Shown here: positions 1 to 9,128 of the stretch, in pieces | Position numbering within the stretch: position 1 is the first letter of the stretch | How the letters are laid out: the number at the start of each line of letters is the position of its first letter | Virus record (IMG/VR): IMGVR_UViG_3300013830_000001 | Source of the DNA: a virus | Strand: one strand, 5' to 3' | Length of the DNA stretch: 47,394 nucleotides | Position numbers and translations under genes: made by a program | The notes under the pieces: model-generated | What the model saw: the letters and a program-made list of their open reading frames with translations, nothing else | Told to the model about the DNA's origin: nothing | Databases searched by the model: none

Positions 1-80
1 TCATGGCTCTGTTGTTCGCGATGTTGTTAAAGAGCGCATACCAGATTATCATGACTCTGTTCTCAAGTCCGTTGAACTTC
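1..80. repeat. Terminal direct repeat, left copy (identical to 47315..47394)
   Basis: The 80 nt tcatggctctgttgttcgcg...gtccgttgaacttc occur at both window ends; the repeat lies inside a tail-fibre ORF. Confidence 0.95.
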
Positions 81-664
81 GCAAACAGCTTCAGAATGTC
101 GGATTCGTTCTTAGCAACGCGCGGCTCCAGTGCGTCAAGCCGTGCCTTGTTCTCCTGACACAAGCTGTATGAAAAATCAACTTTCTTAATTAACTCGCTG
201 TAATCCGCATAACTAATGGCGGTGTCAGCTTGGATGTACGCCGCGATATTTACGTCCTCTTTGATCGGGATGACTGCTTCAATTACCTTTTCGATCCCGC
301 CTACAGAGCCGTTTGGCAAAAGCTCATCAGGTGTGTCGGCGTACCCGTAGCAGAAAAGTACATCTCCGCTGTCTGGGTCCTCTGCAAAGACCGCAAGCTC
401 CCTATACATGATTGAGCTTGTAAAGTCCGTAGAGTTGTACTGGCCTGTTAAAATTACGGAGTCTTGCCGATTCCATTTGTACTTCTGTACAGGAATTGAC
501 AGTACCTCATGTGACATTGCGGTCAGGTCGCTCAGCTTCTGGTCTGCTGAGATTTCTCCATCGCCGATTGCAAGCCGTGTGAAGTTAAGCGTTGCCTTGC
601 TAGCAAGTTGCTTCGAGAGGAGCGCCTTACCGGCTTTCGTGATAGATGTTCGGTTAATTGCCAT
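1..664 (-). CDS. Tail fibre protein, 5' part (P2 gpH-type N-terminal anchor); the gene crosses the window junction
   Basis: ATG at 664, one nt after the upstream stop, with GAGGAGG 6 nt upstream. N-terminus MAINRTSITKAGKALLSKQLA..FTRLAIGDGE resembles the tail-collar fibre N-terminal domain. The frame runs through base 1 into 47314 and stops at 47213-47211 (768 nt, 255 aa in total). Confidence 0.75.
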   Translation of the reverse strand, partial: MAINRTSITKAGKALLSKQLASKATLNFTRLAIGDGEISADQKLSDLTAMSHEVLSIPVQKYKWNRQDSVILTGQYNSTDFTSSIMYRELAVFAEDPDSGDVLFCYGYADTPDELLPNGSVGGIEKVIEAVIPIKEDVNIAAYIQADTAISYADYSELIKKVDFSYSLCQENKARLDALEPRVAKNESDILKLFAKFNGLENRVMIIWYALFNNIANNRAM

Positions 665-665
665 G

Positions 666-1232
666 TCATGCCTCCTCGCTAAAGACAACTCGCTCAATTG
701 TTAAGTCATGATAAGCAAACCCGGCATATACCGGGTCTTCTGATTTCATCGTAATTACGAGCGCATCGAGTATGGTTGATGCTCTTTTTACTTTCTCCAA
801 GATGTCCAGAAAGACCACGACGTTGTCAGCCACGTTCTGTATATTATCAGTTGTGATTTCAAAGTGATAAGGCTCGCCGTCATACTCATACCACGGCACG
901 ACCTTACCGCCTCCGAAATAGTCTTTGATGGTCTGGTTCACTGCGTAGTCCGTACCGAGTTTGGCGTGTACCAAGTCAGCGTTCTTCAAAACGTTGACCT
1001 TGGTTTCTTTGTCCGCGCCGGAGTAGTACCAGTCAATATTCAACTCATTTGCGAGTTCATCCAGCTCCGCATCTGTCAGTTGATCGAGTTTATCCCATCT
1101 AGTCAGCACTTTTGCATGATTTGCAAGAGATTTTGTTAACTCGTTTACGGAATCTGAAAAAGCAAGATCAACAGTATCTTCCTGCATCCAAGTTGGAAGC
1201 AAACGTTTAAAGTCAAGAGAATCTATCTGCAT
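666..1232 (-). CDS. Baseplate/tail protein I-like (P2 gpI / Mu gp48 / XkdU-type)
   Basis: 188 aa; N-terminus MQIDSLDFKRLLPTWMQED; sits between the J-like wedge gene and the fibre gene, as in P2/Mu/PBSX. Confidence 0.55.
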   Translation of the reverse strand: MQIDSLDFKRLLPTWMQEDTVDLAFSDSVNELTKSLANHAKVLTRWDKLDQLTDAELDELANELNIDWYYSGADKETKVNVLKNADLVHAKLGTDYAVNQTIKDYFGGGKVVPWYEYDGEPYHFEITTDNIQNVADNVVVFLDILEKVKRASTILDALVITMKSEDPVYAGFAYHDLTIERVVFSEEA

Positions 1233-2624
1233 TTAAATCACTCCAGTCTTAACCTTGTGGCTGATCTTCTTGTTTCCAGAGAAAACAGCAACCTCTGTGT
1301 TGTCAAGCTCTTGCAATTTAGGAGAAACAATATCAACATTGAGCGCACCGTTAACCGCTCCGTCTGTCCAAACAGAGGAAATAATTAGCTGTCTAAGCGT
1401 ATCAGGGTTAATGTCTCTTCCAAGCTTGGAAGTCTGCCAATCAACGTACTTATCTATTGCGCCACCGTCACTTTCGATTTTTTCTGTCAACTCTTTTTCC
1501 GTGCTAAGTGTGACAGTATAAGACAGTTCAATATCAAAAGGAACTTCATGTGGTGCTTCAACTTCCACATAGTCTGTCATTGGGCGGATTGTCTCATCAT
1601 CAAGAACAGAAAGAATCTCTTTCTTTACTTCAGCGTCAAGTACTTTGCCCTCTTCCATCAGAGGAACAATCTTTACGTGTCCCTCAAGCGTCCGCATGAT
1701 TTCTATATACACGCTCGTCTCGTCTTTGAAGCTGTCTCCTAGCGTGACTACCATCAGGTCATTGTCATAGGTTGCTTTATAGTCATCGGTCTGTTCCCCA
1801 TCCAGAAAGACTGCCAGAGTGTCCTGCACAAGATGTGAGCCGCCGATAAAAAGTTTATTGCCGTCGTACACTGGATAATTTGCGCGTACCGTCTCATACT
1901 CGCTCACACACTGCAAGTCGCGAATCTTCTTTGTCGATGTCAAGCCCCAGTACTGGTAAGCTCCTCTTGGGCCAGCACAGCTGAGCTTATTCGGTGCTTC
2001 TCTGATGCGTTCGCGGAAACGGTCATCTCCTGCGCTGGTGTACGGTTCCCCGTCGTCGCCGCCTGACGTCTCGTCCATGTTCTGAACATTTGAGATGTAC
2101 GGTACTTTGTCAACGAGCTGTGACAAGCTGCCAGCTGTAATGTTGTTTCCTTCTTCTCCGTCAACTGTGCAGTAAGCAATGGATTCAACATAGTATGTCC
2201 CAGCTTTCAAGATGATGGTTTCAGGTATAGCAAAGTAATGTACAGAGTCTGACGTTACTTTGGTATATTTTGGGATTTCAATGTCTTGATCCATCGTGGT
2301 CTGTACGTTAAATCGTACAGTACAATGTGCAGGTGTACCAGAAAGTCTTGTTACTCCAAGTCTCGCTCCCAGTGCGTCCAGCACCTCTCCTCTGGCATAC
2401 TGAAGCATAACCTGTTTTGCGCAATCATTAACAAGTGCTGCATAGGTTGTAAACACAGCCGTCAGTCCTTGCCCAAACATGTTCCGCTCATCGCCGTATG
2501 GAAGCGGGCCTGTTACTTCAGTTAGCTTTTTAAAAATTTTATCATGGATTGCTTCTGCATCAATCGGAGTTAGATTGATGGGCTCTCCATAAGTATCAGT
2601 ATGGTTGTCACTCATCGTCATCAT
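1233..2624 (-). CDS. Baseplate J-like wedge protein (P2 gpJ / Mu gp47 / XkdT family)
   Basis: 463 aa; size and position (W -> J -> I -> fibre) are typical; overlaps the upstream W-like ORF. Confidence 0.75.
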   Translation of the reverse strand: MMTMSDNHTDTYGEPINLTPIDAEAIHDKIFKKLTEVTGPLPYGDERNMFGQGLTAVFTTYAALVNDCAKQVMLQYARGEVLDALGARLGVTRLSGTPAHCTVRFNVQTTMDQDIEIPKYTKVTSDSVHYFAIPETIILKAGTYYVESIAYCTVDGEEGNNITAGSLSQLVDKVPYISNVQNMDETSGGDDGEPYTSAGDDRFRERIREAPNKLSCAGPRGAYQYWGLTSTKKIRDLQCVSEYETVRANYPVYDGNKLFIGGSHLVQDTLAVFLDGEQTDDYKATYDNDLMVVTLGDSFKDETSVYIEIMRTLEGHVKIVPLMEEGKVLDAEVKKEILSVLDDETIRPMTDYVEVEAPHEVPFDIELSYTVTLSTEKELTEKIESDGGAIDKYVDWQTSKLGRDINPDTLRQLIISSVWTDGAVNGALNVDIVSPKLQELDNTEVAVFSGNKKISHKVKTGVI

Positions 2625-2922
2625 ACTCCTCTTCGCCTTTTAATCTGATATCTGACAAGAAAGCAAAGTTTCCATTTAAAGCATTCGCAGCCCTAAGACC
2701 GATGCTTTCAACGTCCACTCTCGGTTCATAATCTGAAATTACTCTCTTTGCGTCCTCTACGTACTCAGAAATTGCAATGGTAGTTGGTCGGTCCATTACG
2801 CTTGAGTCAAAGCCTCTCGCTCTGTCATACGCTACCTCGCCCATTTTTGTTCTAAGTAAGTTCATTACACAAACTTTCGGGTTATCGTTTCCACTTTCTC
2901 TCATCAGCTGCCTCCCTTGCAT
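2608..2922 (-). CDS. Small baseplate wedge protein (GPW/gp25-like, XkdS-like)
   Basis: 104 aa directly upstream of the J-like gene; ..AYDRARGFDSSVMDRP.. segment. Confidence 0.55.
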   Translation of the reverse strand: MQGRQLMRESGNDNPKVCVMNLLRTKMGEVAYDRARGFDSSVMDRPTTIAISEYVEDAKRVISDYEPRVDVESIGLRAANALNGNFAFLSDIRLKGEEEYDDDE

Positions 2923-3617
2923 TTTTCACAATTGCTAGCACAAGCTTCCATTTTCGAATTTGTTTTCTTTGGTCTGGAAGATGTTTTCTTCTTTGTGCTG
3001 CTTTTGGAGCTCTTCTTCTTTTTTCCGGGAGTACTCTTTTTAGATTTGCTCTTAGTCGTGGATTTTTTCTTAGAAGCTTCAGGAGCATATTCACGGAACT
3101 CAAGGCTGATTGTGGAATAGAGGACTGCACCATCGTCTCTCAAATTATGCTCAACTTCTACTTTAAGAAGCTGCCAGCTTTTGGGACCATATCGCTTTCC
3201 GTTGAGCTTGAACTCTCCGCTCTGGCCTCGCTCTTTTCGAAGTTCGTTATATTCTTCAAGGCCGTCTTTGCCAAGATAACCAGAAGCAACATAACTGAAA
3301 GACATTTCTTCCAGCTTTCGTGTCAGCTTTTTAGTGGCACTTGATCCTGCTTTATCATCATTTGTTGATTCTTCCATTTCAGCAGTTGATTTCAAAGTAC
3401 CAAAGCCATTGGCTTTTGTGTAGCTGACTTCCCAAGTATGGCCTCTCCATTCTGCTTCCGTCTTTATAACTGGCTGCGGCTCTGGGAGGTCTTCTGTTTT
3501 TTCTTCATCCGCTCCAAGGCCTGTTACTTCATCAAGCGATGCATCTTCATTATTTGGAGTTACCGTTGTTCCGGAAGTATTCGGATCAGTTGGAGTTGTC
3601 ACGGTTGAATCAGGCAT
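2904..3617 (-). CDS. Baseplate-cluster protein of unknown function with an extreme K/S/T-rich C-terminal tail and a terminal Cys motif
   Basis: 237 aa between the spike and W-like genes. T/P-rich N-terminus and a globular middle, then KKKSTTKSKSKKSTPGKKKKSSKSSTKKKTSSRPKKTNSK followed by CASNCEKC. Confidence 0.6.
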   Translation of the reverse strand: MPDSTVTTPTDPNTSGTTVTPNNEDASLDEVTGLGADEEKTEDLPEPQPVIKTEAEWRGHTWEVSYTKANGFGTLKSTAEMEESTNDDKAGSSATKKLTRKLEEMSFSYVASGYLGKDGLEEYNELRKERGQSGEFKLNGKRYGPKSWQLLKVEVEHNLRDDGAVLYSTISLEFREYAPEASKKKSTTKSKSKKSTPGKKKKSSKSSTKKKTSSRPKKTNSKMEACASNCEKCKGGS

Positions 3618-3629
3618 TTCTTAACCTCC

Positions 3630-4298
3630 TTAACCGACAGGCGGTCCAGATTCTCCAGATGGAGTGGTGTGAGTGTGAGCTGCATAAGTTGTCTTGAATG
3701 TCTGAAGATCAGAATTGACAGCGTTCAGAGTCGCGCCAGAGCTGTTAACATCTGCAGCAGAAACATTGCCTGTTGCATTAATAGAACCGCTGGCAGACAT
3801 CGAAACAGCATTGACAGAGCTAAGAGATGTAACGCTCTGACCTGTGACAGATCCATCTGCTGTGATAGATCCGTTTGCTGTAATATTTCCAGTTGCCGTC
3901 ATATTTCCAGTTAACTGAATATCGCCTTCAACAATCAGATTCCCGTGAAGAATGATATTCCCGTCTTTAACTTCAATATTCCCTCTGTCTAACGTCTCGT
4001 TCCCATTTTTGAGTTCAAGATTTCCTTTATCTAAATAAGCGTTTCCTTCTGTGATGGTGAAATCTCCGGCATCCATTGTTAAATGATCCTTTTCATCTTT
4101 GCCTTTAACAAGATGGACAGATCCGTTAATTGTGCCATCCCATTCTCCATCAACACGTTTAATGATGAGCCCAGATCCATCTTCCTGAATCGTATAAACC
4201 ACATCGTCTCCCGGCTTCAGATTTGCCATTTTTCCGCGAAGATACTTGTCTATAACCAAGTCTCCTGTTACTGAATCAGAAGCCGTAGAAGGAATCAC
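3630..4298 (-). CDS. Baseplate central spike (P2 gpV / Mu gp45-like)
   Basis: OB-fold-like N-terminus, beta-helical repeats (GNLELKNGNETLDRGNIEVKDGNIILHGNLIVEGDIQLTGNMTATGNITANGSITADGSVTG) and a C-terminal AHTHT (HxH apex motif). The track start is GTG at 4298, but the frame stays open and protein-like up to 4400 (see finding). Confidence 0.7.
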   Translation of the reverse strand: MIPSTASDSVTGDLVIDKYLRGKMANLKPGDDVVYTIQEDGSGLIIKRVDGEWDGTINGSVHLVKGKDEKDHLTMDAGDFTITEGNAYLDKGNLELKNGNETLDRGNIEVKDGNIILHGNLIVEGDIQLTGNMTATGNITANGSITADGSVTGQSVTSLSSVNAVSMSASGSINATGNVSAADVNSSGATLNAVNSDLQTFKTTYAAHTHTTPSGESGPPVG

Positions 4299-4389
4299 CT
4301 TGGCTGTTTTAGGATTGTTGTTTTCGTCCTTCTGTGATTCATCAATACTTGAGATTTTGCCTCTGTAGAGCGTCTGAAATTGAAACTCG

Positions 4390-5310
4390 TTAATAGTCAG
4401 TCACAACCTTTCTTGCTACTACGTCGGTTTCGTCGTACATCATATCGAAACGGCAAAATTCAACAAAGACATTTCCGTTCCACGATTGCTCACCATCGGT
4501 TTCAATGTGAGCAACAGAGCCAGCGGAAATGTCCCGTTCAAGATATTCAAGGTGAAATTTATATTTTGCTTTTTCGCGGTTAAGATAACGACAATAGTTT
4601 TTAGCAAATCTTTCTGCTTCTTCCTGAGAAGACATTGGAAAAGGGACTCTCAAAATCTTTGTCTGTCCACTATCAGCAGACATATTGAACGCACCTTTTA
4701 CAGTGTTGTTGAAAAGCTCGATTTTCTTAAAGCAATCAAACGTTGTGTCGGTATATTCAAAATCGTGCCCAGTGGTCAGATTCAAACTAACTTCAGGAGT
4801 CTGACTTTCCAACTTCCGCTCATCATAAATAATTAAGTTCCCGTTATAGATTAAGAAGGAAGCGCCTTCTATCTGACATCTGGTATAGAGAAAATCAAGA
4901 TCTGTGATATTGTTCTGAAAGCAATAATCATAAACATGATCCTCTACACCATAATTTTTAAATGTCAGATTGTGGTTTTGCGCTACTTCTCTTCCAAGCT
5001 GCAGAAGATGAACCTGCTCCCAAGACTTATTCTGCGTTGAGTAAGAGTCTGGAGGCATGCTGTAAGCTTCAATGTGATAGTGCCCGCTGGATGGTCCAAC
5101 ATTCCAGATGTACATCTTCCCAGACTTGCATTTACCGTCTTTTACCTCAATGGTTTCTCCACGTTGGAATCCCCATTGGTCGCAATGCTGTTCAGCATCA
5201 TTCAAAACAAGATTCAGATAATTAGCACGCTTTTCAGCATATTTTTCCAAGGTGCAAGCATTAACAGAAATGTTTGGGTAAATGTCTTTGTCTTTATATT
5301 TAACCTCCAT
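4390..5310 (-). CDS. Baseplate hub protein (P2 gpD / XkdQ / late control D-like)
   Basis: 306 aa after the LysM-like X protein and before the spike; ..NITDLDFLYTRCQIEGASFLIYNGNLIIYD.. is typical of gpD-family proteins. Confidence 0.65.
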   Translation of the reverse strand: MEVKYKDKDIYPNISVNACTLEKYAEKRANYLNLVLNDAEQHCDQWGFQRGETIEVKDGKCKSGKMYIWNVGPSSGHYHIEAYSMPPDSYSTQNKSWEQVHLLQLGREVAQNHNLTFKNYGVEDHVYDYCFQNNITDLDFLYTRCQIEGASFLIYNGNLIIYDERKLESQTPEVSLNLTTGHDFEYTDTTFDCFKKIELFNNTVKGAFNMSADSGQTKILRVPFPMSSQEEAERFAKNYCRYLNREKAKYKFHLEYLERDISAGSVAHIETDGEQSWNGNVFVEFCRFDMMYDETDVVARKVVTDY

Positions 5311-5313
5311 CTG

Positions 5314-5604
5314 TTACACCTCAAAGAAGTTGGAATCATCAGTGCGTTCCCATGGAGGCAAGCTCTCATCATCTTCCAATTCTGTTTCATAGAATCTTGG
5401 AATTCTCAGCACCTCTCCACCTTCAAACATGACGGTTTCAAGATACTGAGGATTAACTTCCATGAGCCATTGAGCGAGATATTCACCTGTCAGATCATCG
5501 TCTGCCCATGCATCATAAGCAATTGAATCCCATGTCTCACCTTGTGAGCATGTGTATTCAAAATACTCATCATAATCCGGCATTTTCGCTAACAAGTCTT
5601 CCAT
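5314..5604 (-). CDS. LysM-like tail protein X (P2 gpX / XkdP-like)
   Basis: 96 aa; YTCSQGETWDSIAYDAW...NPQYLETVMFEGGEVLRIP has a LysM-like pattern; lies immediately downstream of the tape measure gene. Confidence 0.6.
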   Translation of the reverse strand: MEDLLAKMPDYDEYFEYTCSQGETWDSIAYDAWADDDLTGEYLAQWLMEVNPQYLETVMFEGGEVLRIPRFYETELEDDESLPPWERTDDSNFFEV

Positions 5605-8600
5605 CCTCCCTCCGTCTCAGTTCGGTTTCTACGCTATCCATAAACTGCGGCATATACCGTTTCAATGCTCTAATTACGTCTTCTGGCTGTGTTTCAGACG
5701 GAGCCATAGTGATATTTGGAGCAAAAGTAATTCCGCCCATCTCGATGTTAGCTGCTGAATCGGCGTAATTTGGAGTCGGAGAATCGCTGTTGATGTAAAC
5801 AGGATTGCGTTGAAGTTCCATGGACTTCATAAGCCAATCTGGTTTTTTCTCCTGCTCATCCATGTTGTAAGAATTGTAGACATTAGGCTGTGCAACACTT
5901 TGTGCTGCTCTCTGCACCATACGATAGAGGGAAGATGTACCCACTACGGCTTCATCTCCGGCCTCTCCAGCGCCAAGCATCCTTCCATTCTGCCCAATGC
6001 CAAAGATCGTAGGCTTTTTCAGAATTGCGCCAAGCTGCATTGCGGATTTATACCAGCTAACACTAATTCTTGGAACTGAACCAGTTTCTGGATTAAATGT
6101 ACCGGACATGTGGAAACGCGGAATTCTTGGTCTGGAAATCTTCCAGCGAATATGTCCAATAGACGCAAGAATACTTCTGATATTATTCCGCATTCTTCTA
6201 ACCGCGCTCAGTGCAGCAGAAGTATTCGGAGTATGAATTGTAATCTTCTGCTTGCCAAGTGCGCTAATAGACTTCTGCATAGATTTCAGGCTTCCCGCTC
6301 CGCTTGTTCTGACTTTTACGGAGATATGCTTGTTTTTAAGCTTGGAAAGATTATTCCTGAGAGATTTGACAGAGCCTCCACCACTAACAGTAACTTTGAC
6401 TTTCTTGTTCTTTATTTTCTTCAAAGTATCTTTAATGGTTTTAACTTTTTTCGCGGACTTCCCAGTATCAACAGTTACTTTAATGCCTTTTGCATTTGAC
6501 TTTAAGATCTTTATTGCATCGTTAAGAGCACTGATCTTAGCGTCTACACCAGATAGATCAACATCAATTTTGATCTTAGCTTTTTGACTTTTGCCAGTAG
6601 AAGCAGCGCGCTTTATCTCAGTTGTTGCATCTGATACATCAACTTTAACGCTTGCTTTCTTTTTGAGCTTGACTTGATCTTCTGGATCAACCTGAGCATG
6701 TGCTTTAACCTTTAGAGGCTTTCCATACTTCTTTGTATACGCCTGTTGTGTTTGCTGATAAGACTTCTCAGCTGCCACCATTGCGGATTTGCTGCCCTTG
6801 CCAGTTTCATAATTTACTTTCGCTTGAGCATACTTATCAGCAGCCTTCTGTACAGTTTGCTTGGCATGTTTCTTATCAAGATGTTTGTTCCATTGATTCT
6901 TAATATGGGGCCATGCAACAGCTAATCCAACTCCAGCCGCTGCTACACCAGCAGCAGCAAGTTTTGCTTGTATCGGCAGAGCTTTTAAAGCAGCCATAAT
7001 TCCGCCACCAGCAGCAGATCCGCCCGCTCCAAGCAAAGTTGCGAGACTTCCAAAGCCATTGGAACCAGCAGCCATTTCTCCAGCCGCTGCCGCTGCCGTA
7101 CCAGCTTTGCCAAACAGGCCAATCATTTTCCCAATACTTTTTGAGAAAACGCCACTTCCAGCAAGCGAAGTGAGAAGTTTACCACCAATGCCAGAGCCGT
7201 TCATGCCTTTAAGAAGTGCGCCGCCGATTTTTCCGCCTAGTCCTTTGCTTGCAAATTTCCCTGCGATTTTTCCGAGAAGGCCTTCACCAGCAAGTGCTTT
7301 CACAGCTGGTGAACCAGCTCCAAGAAAAACATCTTTCAAAAGTGAGCCTTTGCCCATCAGATTTCCGAGCACATCAGAAATACCGCTAAGTCCAGTATGT
7401 AATTTTCCAAGTACAATAAGAGCAGGGCCAAGAAGAGCAACACCAGCAACGGATTTCGCAATTAAGTTTTTCGTCCAGTCAGGCATTTTGGCAAAGCTGC
7501 TGTTGAACCGTTCGAACATCTTGTTGATGTTCTTTAGCCCGTTCAAAAGAGTTGGTGTAAGAGCGTCAAACAACTGAATACCGGCGGTTTGAAGTTTGCT
7601 TTTTAGCAAAGTCAATTGCCCAGGAATATTGTTGACGCGTTCAATTGCCATTTCTGCTGCTTTACCGCCGCCCTTATTGGCCGTATCCAGAGCAGCTTTC
7701 AGCTGTTTATTTTTGGCCATGTTAACTGGGTCGGTAGCCATTAACTGTAACAGTGCTGCCATTCCACGCTTGCCGGCAATGCTTTCTGCAAGCTGTACTT
7801 TCTGGGCCTTGGTCATGCCTTCTGTTTTCTTTTGGAGATCAGCAATTACATCCCCAAAGTTGCGCATAGTACCATCAGCATTTCTTGTCTTAACTGTAAC
7901 TTGGCCTAACTTATCATTGTAGAAGGTCCAATCTTTAGTCATAGACGTAAGAATATTTCTTAAAGAAGTGCCCGCCATGGAGCCTTTAATATTGGCGTTT
8001 GCCATAACTCCTAATGCGTTAATAGTATCTTTTGAAGAATATCCGAAGGCACCTGCTACCGTTCCGACATACTTTAAGGATTCTCCGAGATCAAGAACAT
8101 CTGTGTTGGAGTTCGCAGCTGCTGCGGCCAATTGGTTAACAAGAGTAGAAGCCTGAGAAACAGGCATTTTAAGAGCAGCTAAATTACCAGTTACAATTTC
8201 AGTTGCTTTTTCTGGTTCAATTTTAAATGCAGCGGAAAGATCAATAACGCTCTTTCCGCCTTGCTTCATATCTCTAAATTTCCAACCAGCCATGCCCATG
8301 TTTGACATAGCATCGGCAACTTGAGAAGCTGAAAAGACAGTATCATTACCCATCTTAATGGCATACTGTCTCATCTGCTGAAACGTTTTACCAGTCTCAC
8401 CAGTGATAGCCTTTACTCGGCTCATCTTGTTATCAAATGTAGCTGTTGTTTTCCCAGCCCATCCAATAGCAGCCATAGCAGGGCCAGAAATGGACATCAT
8501 AGATCGTCCCATTCTGGTTAATTTCTCACCAGTTTGTTTCTGCCATCCTGCTAGCTGGTGAAGTCTGTTCCCGGCAGTAGAATAGTAATTGATAGCCTCT

Positions 8601-8941
8601 TTTCGAAGCCTTTTGTAAGCAGACTCAGTTTCGGCAATCTCACGTTCAAGTTTCCTCTGCTGCTCAATTACTTCTTCTGTTTGAGGCATCGCGCGAAGAG
8701 ATTCAAGTGCTTGTCTCTCCTGATCCAGCTTTTCTTTTGTAGAAATTGTCGCTTGCTGAAGATATTGCTGTTTCTGAGTAATCAGTTCAAATGAAGATGG
8801 GTTGAGCTTTAAAGCACGATTTGTTTCACGTAAATTTTTGTTAACATCGCGAGCTTTTTTCTGAACATCGGAGAATGCGTTTTTCAGCGAAGGATCAACC
8901 TGTCCCATTATTTGGACAACTGTTGTAATTTTTTTACCCAA
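5570..8941 (-). CDS. Tail tape measure protein
   Basis: 1123 aa, the longest ORF. Coiled-coil N-terminus, Gly/Ala-rich hydrophobic centre, K-rich repeats. TTG start 4 nt after the GT-frame stop, with a GGGGGTGA SD. Confidence 0.9.
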   Translation of the reverse strand: MGKKITTVVQIMGQVDPSLKNAFSDVQKKARDVNKNLRETNRALKLNPSSFELITQKQQYLQQATISTKEKLDQERQALESLRAMPQTEEVIEQQRKLEREIAETESAYKRLRKEAINYYSTAGNRLHQLAGWQKQTGEKLTRMGRSMMSISGPAMAAIGWAGKTTATFDNKMSRVKAITGETGKTFQQMRQYAIKMGNDTVFSASQVADAMSNMGMAGWKFRDMKQGGKSVIDLSAAFKIEPEKATEIVTGNLAALKMPVSQASTLVNQLAAAAANSNTDVLDLGESLKYVGTVAGAFGYSSKDTINALGVMANANIKGSMAGTSLRNILTSMTKDWTFYNDKLGQVTVKTRNADGTMRNFGDVIADLQKKTEGMTKAQKVQLAESIAGKRGMAALLQLMATDPVNMAKNKQLKAALDTANKGGGKAAEMAIERVNNIPGQLTLLKSKLQTAGIQLFDALTPTLLNGLKNINKMFERFNSSFAKMPDWTKNLIAKSVAGVALLGPALIVLGKLHTGLSGISDVLGNLMGKGSLLKDVFLGAGSPAVKALAGEGLLGKIAGKFASKGLGGKIGGALLKGMNGSGIGGKLLTSLAGSGVFSKSIGKMIGLFGKAGTAAAAAGEMAAGSNGFGSLATLLGAGGSAAGGGIMAALKALPIQAKLAAAGVAAAGVGLAVAWPHIKNQWNKHLDKKHAKQTVQKAADKYAQAKVNYETGKGSKSAMVAAEKSYQQTQQAYTKKYGKPLKVKAHAQVDPEDQVKLKKKASVKVDVSDATTEIKRAASTGKSQKAKIKIDVDLSGVDAKISALNDAIKILKSNAKGIKVTVDTGKSAKKVKTIKDTLKKIKNKKVKVTVSGGGSVKSLRNNLSKLKNKHISVKVRTSGAGSLKSMQKSISALGKQKITIHTPNTSAALSAVRRMRNNIRSILASIGHIRWKISRPRIPRFHMSGTFNPETGSVPRISVSWYKSAMQLGAILKKPTIFGIGQNGRMLGAGEAGDEAVVGTSSLYRMVQRAAQSVAQPNVYNSYNMDEQEKKPDWLMKSMELQRNPVYINSDSPTPNYADSAANIEMGGITFAPNITMAPSETQPEDVIRALKRYMPQFMDSVETELRRREDGRLVSENAGL

Positions 8942-8945
8942 GATT

Positions 8946-9128
8946 TCACCCCCGTTGAGATTTTTCTATTTCCTTAACTTGCTCGTTAATATCTTCTACA
9001 AGCTCAATGTGTTCTTTTATAAAGCTAATTACTGGTTGCTTTTTGAGCTCTCCGACTCCTGTGCAGCAGTAGTGGGCGTATTCTCGGAGTCTCCGTCTGT
9101 ATTCTCTTGGCTGTAGGCCAGCAACCAT
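8946..9128 (-). CDS. Tail assembly chaperone, -1 frame extension (T part of G-T)
   Basis: ORF in the -1 frame overlapping the 3' end of the 130-aa chaperone ORF and ending 4 nt before the tape measure start; the classical G/GT layout. Confidence 0.6.
   Translation of the reverse strand: MVAGLQPREYRRRLREYAHYCCTGVGELKKQPVISFIKEHIELVEDINEQVKEIEKSQRG

Noticed and set aside
1-80. The terminal repeat as an LTR, IS end or genuine phage DTR
   Set aside because: It lies in the middle of an intact ORF that is only complete when the ends are joined. No transposase or inverted ends are present. A circular-contig overlap is the simplest explanation.
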